NCBI GenBank assembly: GCA_948469065.1
Contig: CAOKKL010000002.1
Coordinates: 1-40,922, forward strand
Reading direction: 5' to 3'
Source: an uncultured Mycoplasmatota bacterium
Lineage (GTDB): Bacteria; Bacillota_I; Bacilli_A; RF39; UBA660
Length of the DNA stretch: 40,922 nt
The translations under genes and the position numbers were made by a program. This document shows positions 8,961 through 18,544 of the stretch, piece by piece. The stretch's first letter is position 1. Every line of letters starts with the position of its first letter. The notes beneath the pieces are model-generated. The model made no database searches. It was not told the DNA's origin and saw only the letters and a program-made list of their open reading frames with translations.

Positions 8961-10721
8961 TTGGAAACAAAAGAAGAATTAGAAAGGCAAAAATGGGAAA
9001 CCTTAAAGAATATTAAAAAGTCATACCATTTTGCCAAGGAAAGTAAAAAAAACTTTATTTACTATTTAATCGGTTCTATTGCGCTTTGTATTATTGGAGC
9101 TATCGTTCCTATTTTTACTGCTAAACAAATTCTTAATATATCAAATGGATTTTGGGATGAACTGCTTATTAGTACCATCGCTGTGTTTGGTTTGGAAGTT
9201 TTTCGAAATGCTTTTTCTTTTTTATCTGGGCGTAATGCTTCAAAATTTTACCGCACTACGTTAAAAAATATCCAGGTTGGAATTGCAACGGAGATTTTAA
9301 AAACTACATCATTAGAATTTAATAAAAAATCAAGTGGTTATTTTATTGAACGAATTTCTAGTGATTCCGGAAAAATTGCAGATATATATTTAAATATTTG
9401 CGATTATATTACAGAAATTATTACAAATATAGGAATTTTGGTAAGCATTTTTATTTTAAATAAATATATATTTCTATTTTATTTCTTTTTCTTAATTAGC
9501 TTATTTTTAATTCAAAAAAGAAAAAATGATGTTTTTCAAAAGAATGATAAAATTTACCGAAAAAAGAAAGAAAAAGCAACTAGTTTAATTTCTGAATTAG
9601 TAAGAGGTGCCAAAGATGTTAAAGTTTTAAATGCAGAAAGAAGTTTTTTACAGGAAGCGGAAAAAAGAATTACTTTAGCTCAGCAGTGGCGTTATAAAAT
9701 GTTTTTAACAAATCGTATTTATCGTCTTATTTATAATAATTTACGAGATATATTAGACTTTAGTTATGTTCTTTTAGTTATATTTTTAATCCGTCATGAA
9801 TTATTAGTAATTCCGACTGCAATTATTCTATTTAATTATCGAAATCAAATTATTTATACATTAGATTATATTGGCATGTTAATGGAAGCTGTTAAAGATT
9901 TCAATCTTTCTGCAAACCGTGTTTTTCAAATTATTGAAAGTGATAAAAAAGAACAATTTGGAACCAAACACATTGAAAAAGTGCATGGCGATTTTGAATT
10001 TAAAAATGTATCTTTTGCTTATGAAGAAAATGAGCCTATTTTAAAAGATATTAGTTTTAAAATTAAAGCAAATGAAACGGTATCTTTTGTTGGAAAAAGT
10101 GGTTCTGGGAAATCAACGATTTTCAATTTACTTTGCAAATTGTACGAACCAAACCAGGGCGAAATTACAATAGATGGAATTAATATTAAAGATTTAGATA
10201 AAGATTCACTGCGTGGTAATATTTCAATTATTAATCAAAGTCCTTATATTTTTAATATGAGTATTCGAGAAAATTTAAGTTTAATAAAGGAAGGTTTAAC
10301 AGAAGAAGAAATGATGGAAGCTTGTAAACTCGCATGCTTACACGATTACATTATGTCTCTTCCAAATGGCTATGATACGATTGTCGGTGAAGGTGGTGTC
10401 TCTCTTTCTGGAGGACAAAGACAACGACTTGCTATTGCAAGAGCTTTGGTTCAAAAAACAGAAATCATTTTATTTGATGAAGCAACCAGTGCTCTTGATA
10501 ATGAAACACAAAAAGAGATTCAAAATGCGATTGATAATATGCAAGGAGAATATACTATTTTAATCATAGCACATCGTCTTTCAACGGTTATTAATAGTGA
10601 TCGCTTAGTTTTTGTAGAAGATGGTGAAATTTTAGATGTTGGTACACATCAAGAATTATTACAAAAAAATAAAAGTTATCAAAAATTATATGAGTTGGAG
10701 CTAAAGGAAACAAAAAAATAA
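8961..10721 (+). CDS. ABC exporter, fused permease/ATPase (type I exporter half-transporter)
   Basis: 586 aa. N-terminal six-helix TMD, Walker A GKSGSGKST, signature LSGGQRQRLAIARAL, Walker B ILFDEATSALD. Confidence 0.88.
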   Translation: METKEELERQKWETLKNIKKSYHFAKESKKNFIYYLIGSIALCIIGAIVPIFTAKQILNISNGFWDELLISTIAVFGLEVFRNAFSFLSGRNASKFYRTTLKNIQVGIATEILKTTSLEFNKKSSGYFIERISSDSGKIADIYLNICDYITEIITNIGILVSIFILNKYIFLFYFFFLISLFLIQKRKNDVFQKNDKIYRKKKEKATSLISELVRGAKDVKVLNAERSFLQEAEKRITLAQQWRYKMFLTNRIYRLIYNNLRDILDFSYVLLVIFLIRHELLVIPTAIILFNYRNQIIYTLDYIGMLMEAVKDFNLSANRVFQIIESDKKEQFGTKHIEKVHGDFEFKNVSFAYEENEPILKDISFKIKANETVSFVGKSGSGKSTIFNLLCKLYEPNQGEITIDGINIKDLDKDSLRGNISIINQSPYIFNMSIRENLSLIKEGLTEEEMMEACKLACLHDYIMSLPNGYDTIVGEGGVSLSGGQRQRLAIARALVQKTEIILFDEATSALDNETQKEIQNAIDNMQGEYTILIIAHRLSTVINSDRLVFVEDGEILDVGTHQELLQKNKSYQKLYELELKETKK

Positions 10722-10807
10722 ATTGTTTTCTTTTTTTATGATTTTATTAGAATCAAAAAAGTCAGTTTATTATATTTACTTCCTTTTAAAATAAACATGG
10801 TGATAAT

Positions 10808-12538
10808 ATGAAAAAAATTAATTTGACTAAATGGCTTTTAAATTATGCCAAAAAAGAAAAAAAAGATTTTTATCTTTATTGTTTCATAGGAATAACTATG
10901 GCTATTATATGGCTTATTTTACCGATTCTCATTTCGAAACAAACAATTCTTTTAACTGCAAATTCAATGGATACTCTTTATCAAATTACTTTACTTATTT
11001 TTTTGATTCATTTTTTTTATAGCATTTCAAAATATTTCATTAGTTATCATGCTCAAAAATTTATCACTTCAATCTATAAAAATCTTCATATAGATATTAC
11101 TAAAAAATTTTTAAATATAAAATATGAATTAATTCATTCTAAAAATACTGGTTTTTTTATTCAAAGAATGACTGATGATACCATTGATATTTCTGATTTT
11201 TTCATTAAAATTACAGATGACTTTATTGATATTTTTATTAATATTGGATCATTAATTACGATTTTTTTAATGAATCGTATTCTATTTTTTTTCTATCTTT
11301 ATTTTTTATTACTACTTTTTCTTATTAAAAAAACAAAAACCAAACGTTTTGCTGAAGAAGTCAAAAAGAAGCGAGAAAAAGTAGAAACGTTAATGAATGA
11401 TAATATTGAACTAATTAAAGGAGTAGAAGAAATAAAAGTATTGAATTTAAAAAAAATGTTTTTAAAAAAAATAGAGAAAAATATTCTACACTTTAATAAA
11501 TCACTTCTAAATGTAGGTGAAGTGAATCGTTTTTTCCTTTTCTTATCAAATAATATTAAAAATATTTTTCGTTATTTATTGCTCTCTTTATCTATTTATT
11601 TAATTTATAATAACAAATTAACTATATCTGTTGCTTTAATAGCTCTAAATTATGAAGAAAGTATTTTTGGTTTGCTTGATTATACAGAATCGCTCTTAGA
11701 AAATATAAAAATATTTCGATTATCTGCCAATCGAATATTAGAAATATTAAACGATGAAATATCAGCAAAAGAAGAGTTTGGTAAACTTTCTCTCATTTCT
11801 AAAGCAAAAACTGCCTTAGAATTTCAAAATGTTTCTTTTTCTTACGAAAATAAAAAATCACTATTAGAAGGTATTTCTTTTAAAATTTTAGAAACAGAGT
11901 CCGTTGCTTTTGTAGGAACTAGTGGCTGTGGAAAATCAACATTATTTCGGCTTTTAACTAAATTATATCAGCCGAAACAAGGTAATATTCTTTTGTTCGG
12001 AGAAAACATAGAAAATTTAAAAGAAGAAGAAATTAGAAATCATATTTCTATCGTCCCACAATCTCCCTATCTTTTTGCTATGAGTATCGAAGAAAATTTA
12101 AAAGGAAATCTAAAAATAACAAAAGAAGATTTGATAAAAGCTTGTAAGCTAGCAGAAATTCATGAAGAAATTTTAAAACTGCCGAATGGATATCAAACTA
12201 TGATTCAAGAAAATGGATTTAATTTAAGTGGAGGACAAAAGCAACGACTTGCTATTGCTAGAAGTTTACTACAAAATACGCCCATAATTTTACTGGATGA
12301 AGCGACCAGTGCTCTTGATAATGAAACGCAAAAAAAAATTCAAAACAATTTAGCAAACTTAAAAGGAAAAACCATTGTAACGATTGCTCATCGCCTTTCT
12401 ACTATTTTGAATCATGATAGGATTGTTGTTTTAAATCATGGAAAAATTGATGCAATTGGTACTCATGAAACTCTTTTAAAAGAAAATCAAATTTATCAAA
12501 GTTTATATCGAAATGAACAAACAAAGAGCAATTATTAA
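10808..12538 (+). CDS. ABC exporter, fused permease/ATPase; probable heterodimer partner of the preceding gene
   Basis: 576 aa. Walker A GTSGCGKST, signature LSGGQKQRLAIARSL, Walker B ILLDEATSALD. Tandem with 8961..10721. Confidence 0.88.
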   Translation: MKKINLTKWLLNYAKKEKKDFYLYCFIGITMAIIWLILPILISKQTILLTANSMDTLYQITLLIFLIHFFYSISKYFISYHAQKFITSIYKNLHIDITKKFLNIKYELIHSKNTGFFIQRMTDDTIDISDFFIKITDDFIDIFINIGSLITIFLMNRILFFFYLYFLLLLFLIKKTKTKRFAEEVKKKREKVETLMNDNIELIKGVEEIKVLNLKKMFLKKIEKNILHFNKSLLNVGEVNRFFLFLSNNIKNIFRYLLLSLSIYLIYNNKLTISVALIALNYEESIFGLLDYTESLLENIKIFRLSANRILEILNDEISAKEEFGKLSLISKAKTALEFQNVSFSYENKKSLLEGISFKILETESVAFVGTSGCGKSTLFRLLTKLYQPKQGNILLFGENIENLKEEEIRNHISIVPQSPYLFAMSIEENLKGNLKITKEDLIKACKLAEIHEEILKLPNGYQTMIQENGFNLSGGQKQRLAIARSLLQNTPIILLDEATSALDNETQKKIQNNLANLKGKTIVTIAHRLSTILNHDRIVVLNHGKIDAIGTHETLLKENQIYQSLYRNEQTKSNY

Positions 12539-14289
12539 TTCATTGCTCTTTTAAACATTCTTTCTAAATCGTAAATACTGAATTTTATGATTGTTGGTCT
12601 TCCATGCGGACAATGATAAGGATTGTCACATTCACATAACTCATTTAATAATTCTTCTTGGGCTTCATGACTTATTCGCATATTGGCTTTAATACTCATT
12701 TTGCAAGCCAAAGTAATAGCAATACTTTCATTAAATTTTACTCGATCAAAACCAGTAAGACCTCCTATCAGTAAATCGATAATTTTTCGAATACTTTCCT
12801 CTTCATATCCTTCTAAAAGCCAAGTAGGATGCCCTTTGAAAACAAATGTATTTACTCCGAACTCTTCAAAATCAAAACCTATTTCTTTTAAAATGGTTTC
12901 TTGCTCATGAATTTTTATAAATTCACTATTTGAAAGCTCAATGGTAATTGGAACTAATAAACTAGTCGTATAAACTTGCTTATTTTTTAAAGCTTCCATA
13001 TTTTTTTCATAATTTACTCGTTCTTGGGCTGCATGTTGATCGATTAAATAAATTCCTTCTTCATTTTCTGCAATAATGTATGTTCCATGTGCTAAACCAA
13101 CTGGATATAATTTTAATTGTTTCATCTGTGAATTAATAATAATAGTGTCACTTTTTTCTTTTACTGCAACATTCCCTAAATCAAATGTTGCTTGAACGTT
13201 TTCTTTTTCGAAAGTGTTTTTTGATTCTTCTTTTAAAATCGAATTCATCACTTCTTGTTTTACTGGATTAGTATTACTCATACGTTCTATTGCATCTGGT
13301 ATTAATAAATTTTGATACAATGCCTCTTTTATGGTCGTTACAATTAATTCATATAAAGCATTCATTTTATTGATTTTAATATCTTGTTTCGTTGGGTGAA
13401 CATTTACATCAATTAAAGTTGGATCGGTTTCAATTTTTAAAACCACAACTGGATATTTTATATCTGGTTTGTAAGTATAATAAGCATCATTAATTGCTCT
13501 TATAATATCTAAATTTTTAATTACTCTTCCATTTACCATAACAATCATATGATTTCGGTTGGATTTTAAAATTTCTGGTTTTCCAATATATCCATATAAA
13601 TCAAAGTCATTATTATTAGCACTTATTTCAATCATTTTGCTAGAAATTTGGAGTCCATAAATTTCATGAATTGTTTTATGTAAATTTCCGCTTCCACTCG
13701 TTTTTACTAATATGCGATCATCATTTGTTAAAGTAAAACTAATTTTGGGATGTGCAAGAGAAAATCGTTCTACAAATGAGACACAGGATGCAAGTTCTGA
13801 TTGTTCGCTTTTTAAATATTTTAATCTTGCCGGTGTATTATAAAATAAATGATCAATGGATAAAATTGTTCCTTTTCTAGCGTCGGTTTCTTCTATTGTT
13901 TTTAAGACGCCACCTTCCATTTTTAAAAATGTTCCAATATCTCCAGTTGAAGTTTTTAATGTCACATGAGAAACACTTGCAATCGATGGAAGTGCTTCGC
14001 CACGAAAACCTAAAGTATCAATAAAAAATAAATCATCATCTTTATAAAGCTTACTTGTTGCATGTCTTTGAAAGGCAAGTTTTGCATCTTCTTTTTCCAT
14101 TCCACTTCCATTATCAATTACATGGATACTTCCACGTCCACCTTCTTTTAGGTGAATTATAATTTCCGTAGCACCAGCATCCACACTATTTTCTGCTAGT
14201 TCTTTTACAATGGAAGAACATTTTTCAACGACCTCTCCTGCGGCAATTTTATTTGCCAAATTCTCATCCATTATACGAATTTTATTCAT
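12535..14289 (-). CDS. mutL: DNA mismatch repair protein MutL
   Basis: 584 aa. GHKL ATPase N-terminus (LANKIAAGEVVEKCSSIVKELAENSVDAGAT...DNGSGM) and C-terminal endonuclease-type motifs (DQHAAQERVNYE, CPHGRP). Confidence 0.93.
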   Translation of the reverse strand: MNKIRIMDENLANKIAAGEVVEKCSSIVKELAENSVDAGATEIIIHLKEGGRGSIHVIDNGSGMEKEDAKLAFQRHATSKLYKDDDLFFIDTLGFRGEALPSIASVSHVTLKTSTGDIGTFLKMEGGVLKTIEETDARKGTILSIDHLFYNTPARLKYLKSEQSELASCVSFVERFSLAHPKISFTLTNDDRILVKTSGSGNLHKTIHEIYGLQISSKMIEISANNNDFDLYGYIGKPEILKSNRNHMIVMVNGRVIKNLDIIRAINDAYYTYKPDIKYPVVVLKIETDPTLIDVNVHPTKQDIKINKMNALYELIVTTIKEALYQNLLIPDAIERMSNTNPVKQEVMNSILKEESKNTFEKENVQATFDLGNVAVKEKSDTIIINSQMKQLKLYPVGLAHGTYIIAENEEGIYLIDQHAAQERVNYEKNMEALKNKQVYTTSLLVPITIELSNSEFIKIHEQETILKEIGFDFEEFGVNTFVFKGHPTWLLEGYEEESIRKIIDLLIGGLTGFDRVKFNESIAITLACKMSIKANMRISHEAQEELLNELCECDNPYHCPHGRPTIIKFSIYDLERMFKRAMN

Positions 14290-14784
14290 CTACTCACCCA
14301 CTTTTATTTCATATAAATTTTCTTTATAATCACGACCATGAATGGTTATAAAATCTTCTTCTATCAAAACAGCACCTTTTTTTAAAAAGAATTCGTTCGA
14401 TTGTAAAGATTGAAATACATACACTGAATACTGTTGCATTTTTTGTTTTTTTAATACTATTTCCATCAATTCTAATAATTTTTTGCCATATCCTTTTCTT
14501 TGATATGTTTTTTTAATATAAATAGCATCAAGAAGAGCTACTTCATCAATGATACTAAAAATTAAAATACCAATAATTTCATCATTTCGAGTCAGTGAAA
14601 AATAATAATAATCTTTATGTTGCAATTGTTTTTTAATATATTTTTCTCGATCTTCTTTCTTATTCCATCTAGATTCCATCACATCATGAGGAAAAATTCC
14701 TACATAAGTCTCTTCCCAACATTTTAAATGGATATTTACAAACTCTTTTACTTTATTTTCTGTTAATCTTTTAATTTCAATCAT
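14290..14784 (-). CDS. GNAT-family N-acetyltransferase
   Basis: Start moved to ATG 14784 (MIEIKRL), behind a GGAGGG RBS, overlapping the yqeH stop by 8 nt. The acetyl-CoA motif region is YQRKGYGKKLLE. Confidence 0.75.
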   Translation of the reverse strand: MIEIKRLTENKVKEFVNIHLKCWEETYVGIFPHDVMESRWNKKEDREKYIKKQLQHKDYYYFSLTRNDEIIGILIFSIIDEVALLDAIYIKKTYQRKGYGKKLLELMEIVLKKQKMQQYSVYVFQSLQSNEFFLKKGAVLIEEDFITIHGRDYKENLYEIKVGE

Positions 14785-15760
14785 GTGACCCTCCAAAAAA
14801 AGATGGTCGAACTTCATAGGAAAGAAGGATATCGGTTTGAATAGTTATTTGACAAGGTTTAGAAATAGCAAAAAAACCAACTCCTGGTAATACTAAATCG
14901 CTTTTTTTATCTATTTTAATTTTTATTTCTTGTTCTTTTTTTTCTATCATTTTATATTTTTTCTCAAATATAAAGGCTTGATTGCCATAAAATGTTATAC
15001 TATTTTGTTCTAAGTTTTGTGATAAAAATACGGTATTTTCAAAATTTAAAATCGTTTCTCGTTTCATTTGCATGGTAATTGGTTTCATATAAACTTTCGG
15101 AGTTACTTTTAATAAAATTTCAGAATTCCACTTTGTTTTGAAAGAGAATCCTGGAGCATCAATTAAATGAATGTTATTTACTTTCCAATCTAAAAAGGAA
15201 AGCGTTGTATTTGGCATTTCACTTACTAATACAGGGCATTTTTCATGATTCTGATACCAGATTGCTTCTTTTAAAAAACTGCTTTTCCCAGCATTGGTCA
15301 TTCCCAGTAAAAGAGAAGTTTTTGAATTTTCCATATGATTTAAAAGTGTAGCTAATAATTTTTCACTTTTTTTTGTGTAGGAAAAAATTTTACTGTCAAT
15401 TTTATAAATATTTTGGATTCGTTTTAATAATCGCTCCATGGATATTGTTTTTGGAATAATATCAATTTTAGTTAATACAAGATACTTTTCTTGATTTATT
15501 TTTAGAAAAGGATCAAGTGCTTCTTTCGAAATTTGAAATAAATCTAAAAAATAATAAACTGGTTTATGAATTTTTTTTGCTTCTTCTAATAATTCTTGAT
15601 TTGTAAAAGAAAGCTCATCCATCGGAAGTTCATGATAATGAAGTAAACGAAAACAGCGTTCACAATATATCATATCTTCTTTTTGATTTGGAACAAAACC
15701 AGTCATGGTAGCGTTTGTATTTTGTAGTATACTTCCACAACCCAGGCATTTTTTATTCAT
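14777..15760 (-). CDS. yqeH: ribosome biogenesis GTPase YqeH
   Basis: 327 aa. N-terminal zinc finger CLGCGSILQ...YCERCF and a circularly permuted GTPase order (LTKIDI...GMTNAGKSS). Confidence 0.85.
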   Translation of the reverse strand: MNKKCLGCGSILQNTNATMTGFVPNQKEDMIYCERCFRLLHYHELPMDELSFTNQELLEEAKKIHKPVYYFLDLFQISKEALDPFLKINQEKYLVLTKIDIIPKTISMERLLKRIQNIYKIDSKIFSYTKKSEKLLATLLNHMENSKTSLLLGMTNAGKSSFLKEAIWYQNHEKCPVLVSEMPNTTLSFLDWKVNNIHLIDAPGFSFKTKWNSEILLKVTPKVYMKPITMQMKRETILNFENTVFLSQNLEQNSITFYGNQAFIFEKKYKMIEKKEQEIKIKIDKKSDLVLPGVGFFAISKPCQITIQTDILLSYEVRPSFFGGSHD

Positions 15761-16256
15761 AATAAACTCCCTTTTCTAATATTCCTTTTTTTCTTAATTG
15801 TTGAAATAGAAAACGTTCTAAAAACGAAGGCTTTTTATTACTGATAGTATTTACTAAAATACTTCGAAATCCCATTTTATTGGCACAATAAATATCTGAA
15901 AATAATTGATCGCCAATACAAGCAATTTCATGAACATTAAAACGATACAAATCTAAAATTTTTTCATATTTTTGCAAACTTGGTTTCCCACTTTGAAAAG
16001 CAGAATCGACATTTAGTTTTTCTTTAAAAGGTTCTACTCTGCTCTTACTCGCATTCGATAAAATAATTAATTTAAACTTTAATCCTTCTAAATAAGCAAA
16101 TAAATCCTTTAATTTTCTGTCTGGAACCGACATATTTTCTGGTGCAATGGTATCATTTAAATCAAACAGAAGACATTTGATTCCTGTTTTTTTTAACTGC
16201 TTATAATCAATGGTATAAATACTTTTTTGATAAATATCTGGAATAAAGGAATCCAT
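15753..16256 (-). CDS. yqeG: YqeG-family HAD-IIIA phosphatase
   Basis: 167 aa. Motifs LLFDLNDTI, ILSNAS and GDQLFSDI. Sits directly upstream of yqeH, as in the Bacillus yqeG-yqeH arrangement. Confidence 0.8.
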   Translation of the reverse strand: MDSFIPDIYQKSIYTIDYKQLKKTGIKCLLFDLNDTIAPENMSVPDRKLKDLFAYLEGLKFKLIILSNASKSRVEPFKEKLNVDSAFQSGKPSLQKYEKILDLYRFNVHEIACIGDQLFSDIYCANKMGFRSILVNTISNKKPSFLERFLFQQLRKKGILEKGVYYE

Positions 16257-16329
16257 CTGTTCACCTACATTTCTATCATATTATATCATGGGAAACAAAT
16301 TTCGTAAATGAAGCTTCAACAAAATAGAT

Positions 16330-16357
16330 AGAAAAAACATTGAAATTCATCAATGTT
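16330..16357 (-). terminator. intrinsic terminator after the sigK 3' segment
   Basis: Minus strand AACATTGA-TGAATT-TCAATGTT (8-bp stem) followed by TTTTTCT. It lies 10 nt after the sigK stop. Confidence 0.6.
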
Positions 16358-16367
16358 TCTTAATTTA

Positions 16368-16740
16368 TTATAAATCATTTTTACTTTTTAAAAATTCTTT
16401 TAAAATTTTCATCAAAGCCCTTTTTTCAATTCGAGATACATAACTTCTAGAAATGCCTAATTCTTTTGCAATTTCTTTTTGTGTTTGCTCTTTTTCTAAA
16501 CAAAGGCCGTATCTTTTTTTTATAATTTCTTGTTCTCGCGGATTCAAGTCTTTTAAATAATTATTCAACAATTCTAAATTATGTTTTGTATGTAATGAAT
16601 CTGCAATATCGATTGAATTATCTTTAATAACATCAATTAAATTAATTTCATTTCCATCCTTATCATAACCAATCGAATCATTTAAACTAACATTATTGCC
16701 ATTTTTTTTATTTCCTCTAAAATACATTAAAATTTCATTT
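16368..16740 (-). CDS. sigK: sigK 3' segment (spoIIIC-equivalent): sigma regions 3-4 of sigma-K
   Basis: The translation from the junction, (N)EILMYFRGNKK...SLNDSIGYDKDGNEINLIDVIKD...QKEIAKELGISRSYVSRIEKRALMKILKEF, is collinear with the B. subtilis SigK C-terminal half. The MIPFQLVKTA start in the ORF track is element-derived and has no sigma homology. Confidence 0.9.
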
Positions 16741-18441
16741 GCTGTCTTCACCAGTTGGAAAGGTATCATCTTTTATATTTCTTGCACCTATAAAGTTAAT
16801 TGTAATATCCTCTCCATCCGTTGTTATAGAACTTACTAGGAGCTTTATTAAGTTTCTTTTGGTATTTAGGTCTAGATTATAAAATTCATTAAAATAGGTG
16901 TCTAAAACGTTTAATACAAGATCAGATGTATCTTTATCACTAATTTCATCATAGTTAGTATTGGTTAGATCTTTTATTTGCTTTTCAATCTTTATATTTT
17001 GTTCTTTTAAAGATTTAATTTCTTTAGAAACATCATCTAGCAGTTCAATATCTATATATTTAATTTTATCTAATAAAGAATTAATATCTTTTTCATTTTT
17101 TGAAAGAGATGATCTTAACGTTTTTAATTCTTCATTGTTTTTATATTCTTCTGTAAAAGTATTTTTAGAAATTTCTTTTAATGATTGATAAAATAGTGAA
17201 GTAGGATTAGCAAGTTCTTTTATTTTTTCCATTACCAAGTCATCTGCTTCCAATCCATTAATATTTTTACAATCACATTTTTGTTTTCTACTTTTTTCTT
17301 TTAACTCACACATATAATCAAATCTTCTTCTTCCGTCTTCACTAATGGTTTTGTTTTTTAATTTTGGACGCATGAAAGATCCACAATGAGAACATCTTAA
17401 AATCCCTGAAAGCAAAGCATTACTAGCAGATGGTTTTCTATAACGCATATCACTATTTTTAAGTAGTAGATCTTGAACTTCTACCCAGTCTTTACCTGTA
17501 ATGTTTCCTTTATGTTTTCCAATAGAGATGATCCAATCTTCCACATCTCTTTTAATAACAATTTTATTTTTTCCTTTGTGTTCAGTTTTATTATATACCA
17601 TTAAGCCATGACTTCCGTTAAAGTCTTTTTCTTCTGCGTAAATTTCTACATCAAACTTTTTAAAATATTCTAAAGTATCTTTATCAGCAATAGCATAAAC
17701 AGGATTCGTTAAAATATTTTTTAAAGCCCAACGTGTAAAATATTTACCATTTTTAGTTTTAATATCATTTTGAATTGTATAAGTTTCTAATTTTGTTAAC
17801 GATTTTAACTCTAACATTTTTTTAAATAGAGTAATCACGATCGGCATTTCTTCATTATCGGTTAATTTAAATAACTTTCTTTTTTTACCATCTATGGTTA
17901 TTTTTTCTATTTGTTCAGAATCAAAACCAGTGGGAGTGTTCCCACCAAGCCAACGTCCTGTTTTAGCAAGATCTATCATATTATCACGGATTCGTTCTGC
18001 AGTAGTATCTCTTTCTAATTGTGCAAAAACAGAACTCATAAACATCATAGCACGTCCACTAGGAGTTATACTTTCTATATTTTCGGTAGCTGATAAGAAT
18101 ACCACTCCGTAATTATCAAGCTCTGTTACTAAATTACTAAAATCTGTTACGTTACGACTAATTCGATCTAGTCTATAAAAAGCTATGACTTTGATTTTAT
18201 TGTTTCTTATATCTTTTAATAATCTTTGAAAATCAGGTCTATTCATATTATAACCTGTAAATCCCTCATCCTCATAAATAATAATATCATTTTCTAAATC
18301 AACATCAGGAAATTGAAAAGCTATTTTTTTCTTACACATTTCAATTTGATTCTTGGTGCTTTCTCCTTTCCCTGTATATTTTGATTTTCTAGAGTAGATT
18401 GCTATTTTACGATCATCTTTTTTCTTACTTGTACTTTGCAT
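16735..18441 (-). CDS. spoIVCA: large serine recombinase (SpoIVCA-like)
   Basis: 568 aa. Resolvase-type catalytic N-terminus (IAIYSRKSKYTGKGESTKNQ) and a recombinase domain. Zinc-ribbon cysteines (CSHCGS...YMCELKEKSRKQKCDC) and a long C-terminal coiled coil. The stop codon lies on the att core. Confidence 0.92.
   Translation of the reverse strand: MQSTSKKKDDRKIAIYSRKSKYTGKGESTKNQIEMCKKKIAFQFPDVDLENDIIIYEDEGFTGYNMNRPDFQRLLKDIRNNKIKVIAFYRLDRISRNVTDFSNLVTELDNYGVVFLSATENIESITPSGRAMMFMSSVFAQLERDTTAERIRDNMIDLAKTGRWLGGNTPTGFDSEQIEKITIDGKKRKLFKLTDNEEMPIVITLFKKMLELKSLTKLETYTIQNDIKTKNGKYFTRWALKNILTNPVYAIADKDTLEYFKKFDVEIYAEEKDFNGSHGLMVYNKTEHKGKNKIVIKRDVEDWIISIGKHKGNITGKDWVEVQDLLLKNSDMRYRKPSASNALLSGILRCSHCGSFMRPKLKNKTISEDGRRRFDYMCELKEKSRKQKCDCKNINGLEADDLVMEKIKELANPTSLFYQSLKEISKNTFTEEYKNNEELKTLRSSLSKNEKDINSLLDKIKYIDIELLDDVSKEIKSLKEQNIKIEKQIKDLTNTNYDEISDKDTSDLVLNVLDTYFNEFYNLDLNTKRNLIKLLVSSITTDGEDITINFIGARNIKDDTFPTGEDSK
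16736..16740. repeat. att core copy (CATTT plus strand / AAATG minus strand) at the sigK 3'-segment junction
   Basis: Same 5-mer, in the same codon phase (xxA AAT Gxx), as at 28331..28335. The flanking bases differ on both sides, so the core is exactly 5 bp. Confidence 0.8.
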
Positions 18442-18478
18442 ATTCCAAAATCCTTTCCAACACGTATTAATTTAATAT

Positions 18479-18487
18479 AGTATATCA
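18479..18487 (-). promoter_or_regulatory. candidate extended -10 (TGATATACT) upstream of the recombinase gene
   Basis: The minus strand reads TGATATACT about 38 nt upstream of the ATG, with an AAAGGA RBS in between. No CATA-type mother-cell -10 element is visible. Confidence 0.3.
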
Positions 18488-18520
18488 CAAATTTAAAATA
18501 ATAGATATAGTTAAACAAAA

Positions 18521-18540
18521 TAAAAAAGACTTTGAAAGTC
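18521..18540 (-). terminator. weak intrinsic terminator after the envelope-protein operon
   Basis: Minus strand GACTT-TCA-AAGTC hairpin followed by a T6 run, 5 nt after the lipoprotein stop. Confidence 0.4.
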
Positions 18541-18544
18541 AATT

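Noticed and set aside
12535-12538. The convergent ABC exporter gene and mutL share a TTAA palindrome for their stop codons, so they overlap by 4 nt with no terminator between them.
   Set aside because: The overlap is real in the sequence, but it is most simply explained by genome compaction. I see nothing that indicates a regulatory function.
16741-16769. The MIPFQLVKTA start of ORF 16368..16769 and the AIYTYWKVV-TAG tail of ORF 28302..28652 could be read as genuine termini of two separate small sigma-like genes.
   Set aside because: Sigma homology stops exactly at the shared AAATG core on both sides. The extra codons are element DNA read through by chance, and the first stretch also overlaps the recombinase 3' end.
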